In this document: one piece after another, positions 1 to 12,000 of the stretch
How the letters are laid out: each line of letters begins with the position of its first letter
Position numbering within the stretch: the first letter of the stretch is position 1
DNA from: Paragordius varius
Lineage: Eukaryota > Animalia > Nematomorpha
Assembly: GCA_964247055.1 (NCBI GenBank)
Contig: OZ176053.1
Location: 5,704,001 to 5,768,000 of the forward strand
DNA: 64,000 nucleotides
Reading direction: 5' to 3'
Notes under the pieces: model-generated
Told to the model about the DNA's origin: nothing
The model's input: the letters and a program-made list of their open reading frames with translations, nothing else
The model's database searches: none
Made by a program: the position numbers and the translations under genes

Positions 1-72
1 GTTATGCGTCAAATTTTCTCGTCTAATAAATCTTTGATAGAATTTAAGAAATATGGTTATATAAGAAAATAA
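1..72 (+). CDS. Possible 3' end of an unidentified gene entering the window (VMRQIFSSNKSLIEFKKYGYIRK*)
   Basis: Frame 1 is open from base 1 to TAA at 70-72 and would converge on the SNRPD1 stop 64 nt away, like the other tail-to-tail pairs here. No homology recognised. Confidence 0.2.
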   Translation, partial: VMRQIFSSNKSLIEFKKYGYIRK

Positions 73-136
73 AATATAATTGCTATAAATAACAAATTTT
101 TTTTTATTCACAAGTATGTACAATAAATTGATGTAA

Positions 137-608
137 TTATCGACGAGGAGGACCGCGTCCTCTCCCGCGACCACCACGTCCACGACCTCTTCCACCACGA
201 GCTCCACCAGGTTTGCGAACTAAAATAATTGAATATTATGTAAAGAGTGTTCACTCATATATATATATATATGCCAAATACTTACTGTCACGTTTTTTGT
301 GTGAAGTTTCCTCCGTCAAAAGATTATCGATGTTTAATGAGTCAGGTAAAATGCAATATCGTATGTTATTTCCACGCACACTAACGCTATCTTGGCTAAC
401 TGGTTCGGAATTTTTGTGGGTAACTTTGCATGCTTTTAAATGTATATTCATAGACATATCAACACCTTATAATAACAATAAAATATACCGCATATTGTCC
501 CGTAGATTTGGGTTCCATTTTTTAGCTCAACCGTAACCGTTTCATGACTCAATTTCATAAGAAATCTAAAAAACAATAAAAATTGAATGCATACCTAACT
601 AACTTCAT
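137..608 (-). CDS. SNRPD1: Small nuclear ribonucleoprotein Sm D1, 4 exons (608-595, 565-489, 465-286, 219-137)
   Basis: Spliced translation [41 protein letters not shown]...[16 protein letters not shown]...[19 protein letters not shown] matches the Sm D1 N-terminus, Sm motifs and RG tail. All three introns are GT-AG (29, 23, 66 nt) and keep frame. Confidence 0.97.
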
Positions 609-3121
609 TCTAATTTATATGGCCGCCACACAAACAATAAAAAACAAACGTATGATATAATACGAATTTTATAATTATCAGAAGAATAGATGTTTCAATG
701 TATAAGCATCCTAATGCAATATAATAGGAGTAAAATTGTTTCAGTTTAAAATATAATGGCAAAAATAAATATTTTCCTCAGAATTTGGACACAATAATGA
801 AAATATTTATATCAAAAACATTCATCAATCATTAAATCAAGAATATATATATAATGTGAGGACAAGAAAAATGTCAAAATCTCATATTATGCCTTTTCGG
901 GTAACACAGATCATATTAAAATTTCACGTCCAGGGGTTAATAAAATATCTGGATGAAATATATCTGATGGTATATCAGGATTATCATGGTGCTTTTCGTA
1001 TGGGCCATACGAGTGATATAAGAAATTAATATGACATTATAATAATTGCTCCTTATTAGAAAATAACAAAATATGCACATATTTTGTTAATTTTTTAATA
1101 CCTTTTGAATTTTGTCCTAATTTACCTGTTGGGGTATTTTCCCAAATAGTTTTGTAATAAAACTTTTTGAAAGCTGTTGTTAAATGTTAATTATAAAACA
1201 TCGTTCACATATATTAGATAAAAAAGCTAGAGTCTAAAACTGGTAGAGCTCCAAGTTTGAAACGAACACCTGATTTTAAAATTAAAATATATCATGTTTT
1301 TGGTGGAAAAATGTAGAAGCATGTTAAAGTAAATTATTTACACGTTTTAACCATAATATACATTTTAGCCTGTTGCATGAAAAAGATAGAAAAAATGGCG
1401 TCAAAAAAGTTTGATATCAGGATTTTATGATTTTACATTTTTGGCAAAATTTTGTTAAAATTACATATTTGAAAAAAATTAGCATTTTTTTGAAAAAATT
1501 TATGTTAAAATTTGACATATATTTTAAAGTTTTCATCCCGCGATTTCTGCCTTTTGCGCCTTTTAGATAACTATTGCATACACATCCTTAAAAAAATCTT
1601 TTGAAACTACTATATACTAATAGGAAAATGTATCGGGTTTATCAACGTTTGTTTTGGCTCTTATCTAGTGTTTTAATAAAATTTTATACATTTTTTTGGT
1701 AAGTTACTCAAAAAATTGCAAATGTGCACGTTTTGTTAATAAATATTTTTTAATGAAGGCTAAAGAGGCTGTATTTGCAAAATTATCACTTTAATATATC
1801 ATAAATGAAGTAAAACAAAAGAAATAATATTGGTAAATTAATTCAGAAAAATGTTTATTTATTTTATCATTGTTTAAAATCGATATTGCATGGGTTAATA
1901 AAAAAGTTCCATTTGACTTGCAAAAGCGAGGCAAGTTGACCACCAAATACAAGTAAGCCTGCAATAGTACACTTGAAGATCGGTGAAAAAAAAACATTTC
2001 AGTCAAGTCTTTTGCTTATGAATGTAAAATTTTCCTACTTATTTCGAATTTACGGAAGTTATTTTAAACATGGCACCTAAATGACTAACAACCAATACAG
2101 TATGCATTTATTGAAATTTAACTCATTAAAACCTATGGCAAAATTATAAATTATAGATTTTTCGTGTGAATGATATTATTGTGCTTTTTTCCCCAGTGTC
2201 ACGAATTCCTGGTTTATATATACAAGGGTGCTTTACGTTTTTCCACTGATTTTGTTAAAGCTTGCATATATAGAGTTGTCTATAAAACAAAGCAATAATT
2301 CAATTATATCTGAAATAAATATACGAAAAAAAATGTTCTTCGACATGTTTAAAAGGTGATGAAGTGACTTTTAGCGTTTCTTGACATTATAAAACGAAGA
2401 CTATAGTTACAACTGAAACTTATAATTTCATTGCATTATTTTTGAATGTACTTAATGTGTATTTAATCAATTTGATAGATTCAAACAATTTCAGAAGTTC
2501 AACTATGGTTGAATGGATCATAAATTGACAATATAAAAGACAGACATGATATTTGAGATAGTGACCAATTATATTTAAAAGCCATTATTCATAATTTATC
2601 AAGTTAAGAAAGAAATTATAATAAATTTTAGATGTACCGATTTAGGATTCAACTAACGTACCTGATCAATTAAATATTTCTTCTGTTTAAAATAATATTA
2701 GAAATATATTTTTTGGTAATCCTCCAAAAAACTAACTAAATATAAAAATTCAGTTAAATATGGAAAAATTATTTATAAGTCTCATTATAAAATTAACTTT
2801 TATGATTAGTTTAGATATAAATTTATTATAAATTTATGTCAAATAATGTTAAAACAAAAATTTTTTTTATCTTAGTTCTGTACTAAACAAATCGTGATTA
2901 GTAACAAAATTAACAAAGAAATTTAATTATATTTTATCGTTTTTTGTATGATGGTATGTGCTGTTACAATTATTATAATCAATTTTTGTTTTTAAACAAA
3001 TCAGTCAACAAATTTATTAATTTGTACTGTATCTGTTAAATATATTAAACATTATTTTTATAAATTTATAAATAATCACACTATTAACACCAAAAATATT
3101 GGCTTCTATTTTTAGAAATTA

Positions 3122-4183
3122 CTAGCGTAAATCTCGTGCTGCTACGCAGCCCGAGTCCTTCGGACTTCTGGGGAGGGGGGGTTTGAAGTTTGGATTTGAA
3201 TGGGTCTACCGGTTTTCCGATAGCAGATCACAAAGTTACATGAGGAATCAGTTTTTAGCGGGTATCTCCTTACTCGCAGCTATCATCAAAGAAACGCCTG
3301 ACTAAAATTTTTGCCTTTTAACAGGAAATACTTGGAATACATATTGAATTTTTACGGTCGCATATCTAGGGCGAAAAATAGATTAACAAATTATTTTTGT
3401 GGACTTAATTTTTTGAAAAAAATGGCATTTTACGGGGGTAGCGGTTAAAAAGAGGGCCTAAATCAAAAAAGTGAGTCGACTATGTTCGGCGCAATCGAAA
3501 ATAAGTAAACAAAAATCATATTTGAAATTGAATGGTCCAACACGTTCTCCAAAAAACTGTCTTAACCCATTTTTCACACGGGGTAGGCCCGAACTGGGGA
3601 CCTAATACCAAAAAAGGGCGAAGCTATTGTCGGGGAATTCATTAATGATTAAATTTTTCGATGTTTTGATTTGAATGGGCTCACCGATTTTCCGGAAACA
3701 CATCACAAAGTTACATGAGAAATCAGTTTTTAGCGGATAGCTCCTTACCCAGCAGCTATCATCAAAGAAACGCCTGACTAAAATTTTTGCCTTTTAACAG
3801 GGAATGCGTGGAATCCATATTGAATTTTTACTATACCTAGGGGGAAAAATAGATTTAAAAAATTATTTTTGTGGAATTTGTTTTTTGAAAAAAATGGCAT
3901 TTTACGGGGGTAGCGGGTAAAAAGAGGGCCTAAATCAAAAAAGTGACTCGACTATGTTCGGCGCAATCGAAAATAAGTAAACAAAAATCATATTTGAAAT
4001 TGAATGGTCCAACACGTTCTCCAAAAAATTGACTTAACCCATTTTTCACACGGGGTGGGCCCGAACTGGGGGCCTATTTCAAAAAAAGAGCGAAGCTATT
4101 GTCGGGGCATTCATTAATGATTATATTTTTTCGAAGTTTGGATTTGAATGGGTCTACCGTTTTTCCTGTACCAGATCACAAAG
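3122..4183 (-). mobile_element. Non-autonomous Helitron-like element (3' end at 3122) carrying a ~474-bp tandem repeat, about 2.1 copies
   Basis: The minus strand reads CTCGG-GCTGC-GTA-GCAGC-ACGAG (hairpin), 7 nt, then CTAG followed by T, the canonical Helitron 3' terminus. The repeat marker GATTTGAATGGG recurs at 3193, 3668 and 4141. The 5' end was not located. Confidence 0.6.
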
Positions 4184-4324
4184 CCAGCATTTTCCATTTT
4201 TATAAATATATAGATTTTAATAATAGTCATTCCGAATAACTGTGTTTTTGCAAATGTTATTTTGAGGGTTCACGGAACTGATGAATTTGGGATAGTTTTA
4301 GATGGGAATTGCTCAATATACCAT

Positions 4325-5305
4325 TTTTCAGTCAATCGAAACGTCCCAGTGAATCGATACTTTTTCCCAGTCAATCAAAACATTTTCCCAATCAATAAAA
4401 ACGGTTTTATTTTTGATGATAAAATTAAGAGAAGATATAATTATAACTTTTAATCATTTAAGCATACTAAAAAGATTATTGATCAAATCTTTATGCATTA
4501 AGTATAATTTTTAACGCCAATATTGGGCATTTATTAGTTACTTACTTATTAAAATATAATTTTTTTATTTGTCATACAATGTCACCCCGAAACCTCAAAC
4601 ATTCATATTCACTTAATTATGTCCGATTCCCCCTTATATCGTTCAAATTGACTTAAAAAAATTTGAGTATGAGCTAAATTAAATCATAATTGATTAATAT
4701 TTACATAAAACTGAAAAATGCAGACAAAATATAAATTTTTTTGGCAAGTTGGATATTATTTTAAAAAAATCTGAAATTTTCCCATGCCCCAATATTAAAT
4801 CTTGGGGTGCAGCGTGTGTGACTACCCCTGGATTTTATCAATAATGGTTAAAAAATTTATTCAAAACAAATCACAAAGGAAAATTATCACATTAAGTAGG
4901 AAAAAAGATAAACTGTGCTAAAAATTATTATTATTCTAATATAACTCAGAAACACTCATATTTTAAGATCAAATTTGAAAGATCAAAGGGGTCCGACATA
5001 ATTAAGTCAATATGAAATGTTTGACGTTAAATTCGAGGCGAAATTGGTAAATTATAATTTAATAAGTAAGTCATTTAATGATTGTCCTATATTGGTGTTA
5101 AATTATATAAAAATGCATAAATAATCCGAAAATAATCTTTTCAATATGTTTAAAAGATATTTTGTATCCTGTTTTGATATATTCAAAATAAAAGTCTGCA
5201 TGATTGCGAAAATGTTTTTATCTAGGAAAATGTTTCGCTTGAGAAAGAGATCGTTTCGATTGTTTGGGATAACATTTCGATTGATGGGGAAAATGTTTTT
5301 ACTCT
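4325..5305. mobile_element. ~1 kb foldback/MITE-like element with long imperfect inverted arms
   Basis: 4511-4562 (ttaacgccaatattgggcatttattagttacttacttatt) is the reverse complement of about 5049-5108. The block cattcatattcacttaattatgtccga mirrors tccgacataattaagtcaatatgaaatg. ~20-bp subterminal repeats (cagtcaatcgaaac-like) occur at both ends. Confidence 0.7.
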
Positions 5306-5664
5306 GGCACGCACATTAACACAGGTAATAATTGCATATAGAAGCTAAATTATATACATAAAGGGTTGCCTACCCTACACTTGGTAAATCTCAACTTAAT
5401 TGATCATTTCATTTTTTTTATACCTCCATATCGTTTTCTTGATGGTATCTGATTTAATCTGCATATAAAATATTACAATTTCAAGAATGTATTAAATAAT
5501 ATAAATAAATCTTTTAATGTTTTGTTCTTATTATGGGATGCAAACCTAATCACAATTTATTGAAGTAGAAGAAAAAACGTTTGCCTTAATTACATTATTA
5601 TTTTTTCTACGCGATTACATTTTGGACCAAAAGCTTTTAGCAGAAATATGATTAGAGCCCCTAT

Positions 5665-6490
5665 TTTTGCACTAAGTGGGGATTCAGGAGCTAATTTAAA
5701 ATAAGGCTTAGTAACATATCGGCACAATTCGAAGACAATGCCACAATATTGAAACTGACTGTGTCTAAACGTTTTCCTGATTCGGTATCAAAGTCAAAAT
5801 TTAAATAAAAACTATTAATGGGGGGATTAAACTCTGGGGTTAAGTCAAAAAGGGACGTAAATGTCCGCGAAATTCTGAAACAATTAAATATTATTGAAAC
5901 TACTTGCACACGCCTTTCGTAAAAATTGCTTAAAAACCAAATTTAAAAAGCCAATATTTACAGTGGGGCTAGACTGATTAGCGAATTCTGAAAATATTGC
6001 TTGGATACCCTCCGAGACCGCAAAACAATGTTAAAAGCACACTATTGTGCCCGTAGACATTTCCAAAATATTGCATCAACCTCAATAATATCTCCTATTT
6101 TCACACTAAGTGGGGGTAAATTGAGGGGTTAATTTTAAAAAAAGGCTTAGTCACTTTCGACGCAATTATACAACAATTTAAAAAAGCTTTATTGAAACTG
6201 ACTGCGGCCATATGTTTTTCGATATCGTGTGCCAAAGCCAACAATTCTCCAAAAAACCCTATTTTATAAGTGTGGGGCTAAACTGTTGCGCTAATTTAAA
6301 AAGGCTTATTTACCATCAGCATATTTGTAAACCCTTATAAAGAGTATATTGAAACTGAATGGGCCCACACGTTTTCCGGAAACGTCGTTTAACTTAAAAT
6401 TTTAAAAACTTCCATTTTTTCCGAAAACAGATTTTTACTCGAGATGGGGCAAATCTGGGGGCCTAAATTAAAAATAGGCGTCACGGTCGG
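5665..6490. repeat. Degenerate ~150-bp satellite array, 5-6 monomers, related to the 474-bp repeat
   Basis: ATTGAAACT recurs at about 5748, 5893, 6191 and 6348, alongside recurring GTGGGG...CTAATTTAAA...AGGCTTA blocks. The segment gaatgggcccacacgttttccggaaac resembles the 3.2-4.2 kb unit. Confidence 0.65.
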
Positions 6491-7469
6491 CGCATTAGCA
6501 CCCTAATTACCTATTGGGTTAGTGAATATCCTAGAGCGATTTGAAATTATAATATCTCAAAATTATTTAAGGGATTAAGCTTAATTTAAAAATATATTTT
6601 CTTTAAATTTTAGGCGCATAATACAAATTTTTTTTTTGAATAGTAAAAATGTCTCATCTCAAATTTTTTTGCCGCCATATTTTTTGTGTATTTTTTCGCT
6701 AATGCATCAGGCAAATAAATGTATTTTATGGTTAGAAAATGTAAATAATTAACTTTATAAAGGTTTCAGGATACATTTTACCAGCATAAACTCGATGTTG
6801 CTTTTACTATATTAGTTTCAACCGTATTTTGGATAATAATATACTGTAGAACTCATAAAATAAAAAATACAAGCTTTTTTATCTAATACATGAGAGAAAT
6901 GTTATAATTAAATTTTAGCTAAAATAACTTTCAAATGTAGCTTTTTTACAAATTTGAGCTCTGGGTATGAAATTACCCCAAAATGTAAACTAGAGACAAA
7001 AATAAAAGGTAATGAAGTGTTAATTTATTATAGAATCGGAATGGGCTTATGTTATCCCCAAGCTTTGCTCAAAGCTCACACTGGGGTTCTCTGTGTGTTG
7101 CTACAGTCGAGGTCCACTATTTGCAATATTTTAAATAAACTTCTCCATAAATTGCGGTTTTTAGTTTTATTGTTAAGTTCTGCCAAGGTTGCGTTGGTTC
7201 TCTGGGGTTCTACTAACTCTAATTTGTGTTAAAATAATTCCGTTTTATTTTTTAAGCGACAGAACCAAAACCGGTTGTAATTTTTGAAAGCGTTGAGTTG
7301 ATTCCAAATTTTTATCCAGTTCAAGCCTTCAAGTATTAATTTATTTTAATAGAATGCTAAAAGTAAATGGGATAAGGATTGATATATATATTTGTTTTTC
7401 CGAATTTTTTAATCACCTAAACACAATTTAATCCGCTAATATGGTTTTGTGAATCATACATTATTCAGC

Positions 7470-8225
7470 ATGAAGCGTGGGGCGTTCAAAAAAGGTTTTA
7501 GGTTTATATTTATTTTAGGTCATAAGCCATCAGGCGATTTATTTGTTTTGGGATCTAAAACTTTATCTGATAAAAATGTTGTAAACATACCAAGTATATC
7601 TATGTTAAACATTAGTTGCCTCCCAAATCGTAGCCTTAAACGTACCAAAATCTTTATCTAGTTTTGAATTTAAAACACGAGAAAGTTTACTTATTCAATT
7701 TACATATAGTTCATACAAATGATTTTTATAGCAGAGTATTAAAGGCTTTGGATGCTAATAATAAAGAATTATGCAATCAACTAATTCTAAGTTCCATTAA
7801 ATTATTGAAAAATACCACAGTTATAAATGCCCTAGCTGCAAATACCAAAAATGACAAAAACAATATATACCTTTTATCTTTACTTTTAATTGCTAAAAAA
7901 CACGCTTTTGCTATTCAACACAAGGAATCTACTGAGGTATATAATTTTGTGTTTATTTTGAACAACTGAGATAAATAATAATCTTATTACCATAATATTT
8001 TTCCATTTTTTTTATTATATCAAATACATTCCTGGCGTTATAATCCAGAAAAACTGCCAAATATATTCCTTTATTATTAAAAACTCTGAATTCGATATCA
8101 TTTGTTAATTTTCACATTTTTGCCACTTAATAAATATATAAATTTAATCATAACAAAATACACAAACTATATTTGCAGTCTGATTTTAAGAAGTTATTTC
8201 GATTTTTAAGTTAAAATAATTTTAT

Positions 8226-8279
<54 letters not shown>

Positions 8280-8948
8280 CCCTCTGTTCTTTGCTACATC
8301 GGGACGTATTTTTATCGAATCCCCTTAATATCACTTCCGTTCCAGGGGGAGGATCATTTGCCTCTACTTCAGGGCAACACCTTCAAATAAAGGCCCGTTT
8401 GGCATATTTTACCCAATTAGCTCCATACATTTGTAACGTTTTGTACACAGCCTACCAAGACGAAGAAGATTGGCCCGAAATATTTATAAAGGTAATTTTA
8501 AATTTAACTCATGCTGGTTTACTTTTCAAACTATGATATTGTATATAAAGAGCAAGATACTTACATTCAGATTCCACAGTAATAGCAACAATTGTAGTTA
8601 TATTACTTGGAGTATTCGGCCATCTTAGGAATATATATTTTTCTAAAGTGTATATTAAGGGGGGGGGGGTGCATACACGATATAGTTTAAACCGCAATGA
8701 TAACAATCTTGTTTTAAAATAGAATATTGTGAGAGTCATAAATAACCATCAATTTTGGCTAATAAAATCGTTAATTTTGATATAAATTGATTTTTTTTTG
8801 CTTTAATCCATATAGATATATATCGATGATGCAATGCATGAGCGATTTTGGGTTGACAATTTTGAATGTCAAAATTTTGTGGATAATATCAAATCCGCAT
8901 TCAACACTCGTATACCGTTTGTTCCAAGTTTTTTTAATTTTATTTTTT

Positions 8949-9001
<53 letters not shown>

Positions 9002-12000
9002 CTGTTGTATATTAGAGCCCCTTGCAGTCCAAGATAGAAATATTATACTTCCCAGGTCATTAATTATCAAAAATTTTAATTTTCCCCTAAATGCGTTTTC
9101 TTAAAAATATAATTTTATTTATGCGCAGGTATATAACGCTTTTGGACAATATACATTTATATGTTTTGCAAACTTGCCTACAACATACAATTATAAACAC
9201 GGGATCATCGGCTCAAATGTTTTTTTCTGTCCCCAACACCTCTTCAAAGTTTGTTTTTACCATTTCTAACATGATTTTTTCCCTTAAAATTATTTATTAC
9301 AGTAACAAAAGTGAAAAACTAAAAAAACAGTATTTTTGTAAGGCAATTATATATTTTATAATTGGTAATTGGTACCTATTCTTTTTACGTTGTAAGCTTA
9401 ACTGAGAAGCAAATTGGTAATTACTTTCCAAATTGTAAGCATTAATGTTTTATATAAATATTTAAGGCTATTGGTTGGTTAATTTTACAAATATTAATCT
9501 CTTATAAATTTATATTATTGTAAAATACAAAAACTTCTTTAGTCAAAATCTTATGCAACAATATGGCTTACAAAACCAAAATAAACATCTGTTAATACAA
9601 GAAGCGATTGAGAATTTCCAATTCCTACCACCAACCGGGCCGGAAAACACGAATAAAACATTTCTCCGTTTTTTATCGCAAGTGTGTTGTTACCCCAAAA
9701 TACGCTTATTCATAATGCAACGGATTGAGATTTGGTTACAGAATGCTAAAGTTAATTTATTTTATATGCATAGTAGTTTTCCAAATGAATATTTATATGA
9801 TTTAAACTTGGAAAACTATTAATAATAATAATAATTTATTATTTTTTTACAATTTTTCACTCTGTGAAAAGGACATATATATCATTCAATTATATATTTA
9901 TTTTTGCTATCATCAACGAAAATATTTGTAAAATGGTTATATTTTTACAAATATTTTTCATCGGAATATTAATTAACTATGAATAATAATTAAATGATAT
10001 CGTATGGTATATCAAAAGCCTTTTAAATTATAAATTTTATTATGTAATTTTTTTCTATATCCCATTTTCAGTTAATCAACAATATAATTGATCTACTCTT
10101 CATAACATGCTATAATATTGATAATTCATCCTTTCAACAATCCAATAACAAAAATAGTAATGATGAAAACTCTCAGCAAATTGAAACAGTTGTATCAGAT
10201 CAAGAATGTGTGCGCATATTTTTACGGCTAACCAAATTTTTTCAACATTTAACAACTAATGTGAATTCGAATGTAGGAAGCAGTTTTGCCAATAATTTAT
10301 CTAACCTTAAAGCATCTTTAAATGCAACAACGGCTGTTACAATAACTACATCACCCTACAATAATTTATCTCCATATATTGAGTATGTGTTAAAATTATA
10401 TATACCATTTACAGTTCGAATTCACCCTTAAACAATTTAAGTTCACCCTAAAAATAAATTATGTGTTTTCGGGCTAATATAACTCATCATTTATAAAATA
10501 TATATTCTTATGGCATCTTTCATTATTTTTTCAGTATTAATTTAATTTAAAACAAAATTATATTTTTTAAAAATATATATAAATATAGGTACTTTTAATT
10601 TTAAAAACATATATGAGGGCAAATTTGAATGTTCAAGGGTGAATTTGAATTGTTTAAGGGTAATTTGAATTGTAAATGGTATAGCGTGAAAATTAAGTTT
10701 GCATAAACAAAATTGGTGTTTACAAAATTTGGTAATTTGGATATAAATAAATTTTGTTTGACGTTGAAAATTTTGTTTCTCGTAAGCTTACACAATAAAA
10801 AGGAAACATTGTGATTGAAGCATAAAGGAAGATAAATAAGGTTATTATTGAATTTTATTTAAATAAATTTTGATCTAACAGATTATACCAATCAAATATT
10901 TTAAGTTCTTCCATAAAACAATTTTTTACAAGGTATATTATATATATATAGTGGGCTTTTAAAAAATAAGAAAAAGCTTATTTTACAAGTTTTACCTGTA
11001 TTAATGTGATAAAAAAGCAAAACATTAGAGGGACTTTAAATTTTGTTTAATATAAAAATTAGATTTCATAAGGTCTATCTTAATATAACGAAGCTTTTTT
11101 TCTTTTTATCACACAACTATAGGTATAATTTTAAGATAATTCTGTCTTTTCTTAATTTGATTATTCCAATTCTTAAAGTAAAAAGATTAATTTGTTAAGT
11201 TAGAAACGTAAATTCAACCTATGTGATTTCTATTTTTATTATCTTATATTATTTAGCGCATTAATTGTGTCAAATTTGGATGAAGTCTGGTCCGCTATCA
11301 AATCTCCAATGTCAGTAGATGGCATTTTACCTGCATCGCCACACTATAATCTTGAATATGTTAAATCCGATTTGTTGAAATGTTTGGTGCGGGAAATCTT
11401 AAACCAATCCCCAACTTCTATGTCAACTCAATTGTTTTACATTTTATTGCATGTCTTGAATGTTAATCCTGATCTTGCATATGAGGTTGCTATTTACCTG
11501 TCTAATTGGAAATCCTAAACAAAATATACAGATGTGAAACAACATTGGGAGTGTTAGATTAATGATTTAGAAAAGCAATTTACAATTTGTTTCCCAGGAA
11601 GAACCCATTTTCTATCAAATATGTACTCAACTTCATTGCTGTTCAGCAATCAATTCGTCCCACGTCTGCAAAGTGAATCCATTTTACATACCAATTCTCA
11701 TATGGTTTCCCACATCAGTTTTATTAACTTTTATGTTAGAGATTTAAGTTCTAATCAAATCATGTCCTATAGCCGTTTTATTAGTCCCAAGAAAGCTTGT
11801 TTAAGAAATTTATCAGTCAAATTGATTTTCGGACTGAAGTTGGGTGCATATCCGATATGGGGAACAAATTATAATTGCTTTTCTAAAGCTTTCATACATT
11901 AATCTATTATTCCTAATGTTCTTTTCATAACATTACAGCTGTGCATTTAGTTTGTATGGTTTCTAACATTTATATATATTCTATTGATTTAGATTGATAA

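Noticed and set aside
213-536. Plus-strand 107-aa ORF
   Set aside because: It is the antisense shadow of SNRPD1 and runs through a (TA)n intron.
4262-4453. 63-aa ORF with FPVNQ-like repeats
   Set aside because: It is a translation of the subterminal repeats of the foldback element.
6954-7300. 92-aa plus-strand ORF and minus-strand KNRNLWRSL resembling a LINE 3' end
   Set aside because: The similarity rests on one short motif, with no TSD or further domain support.
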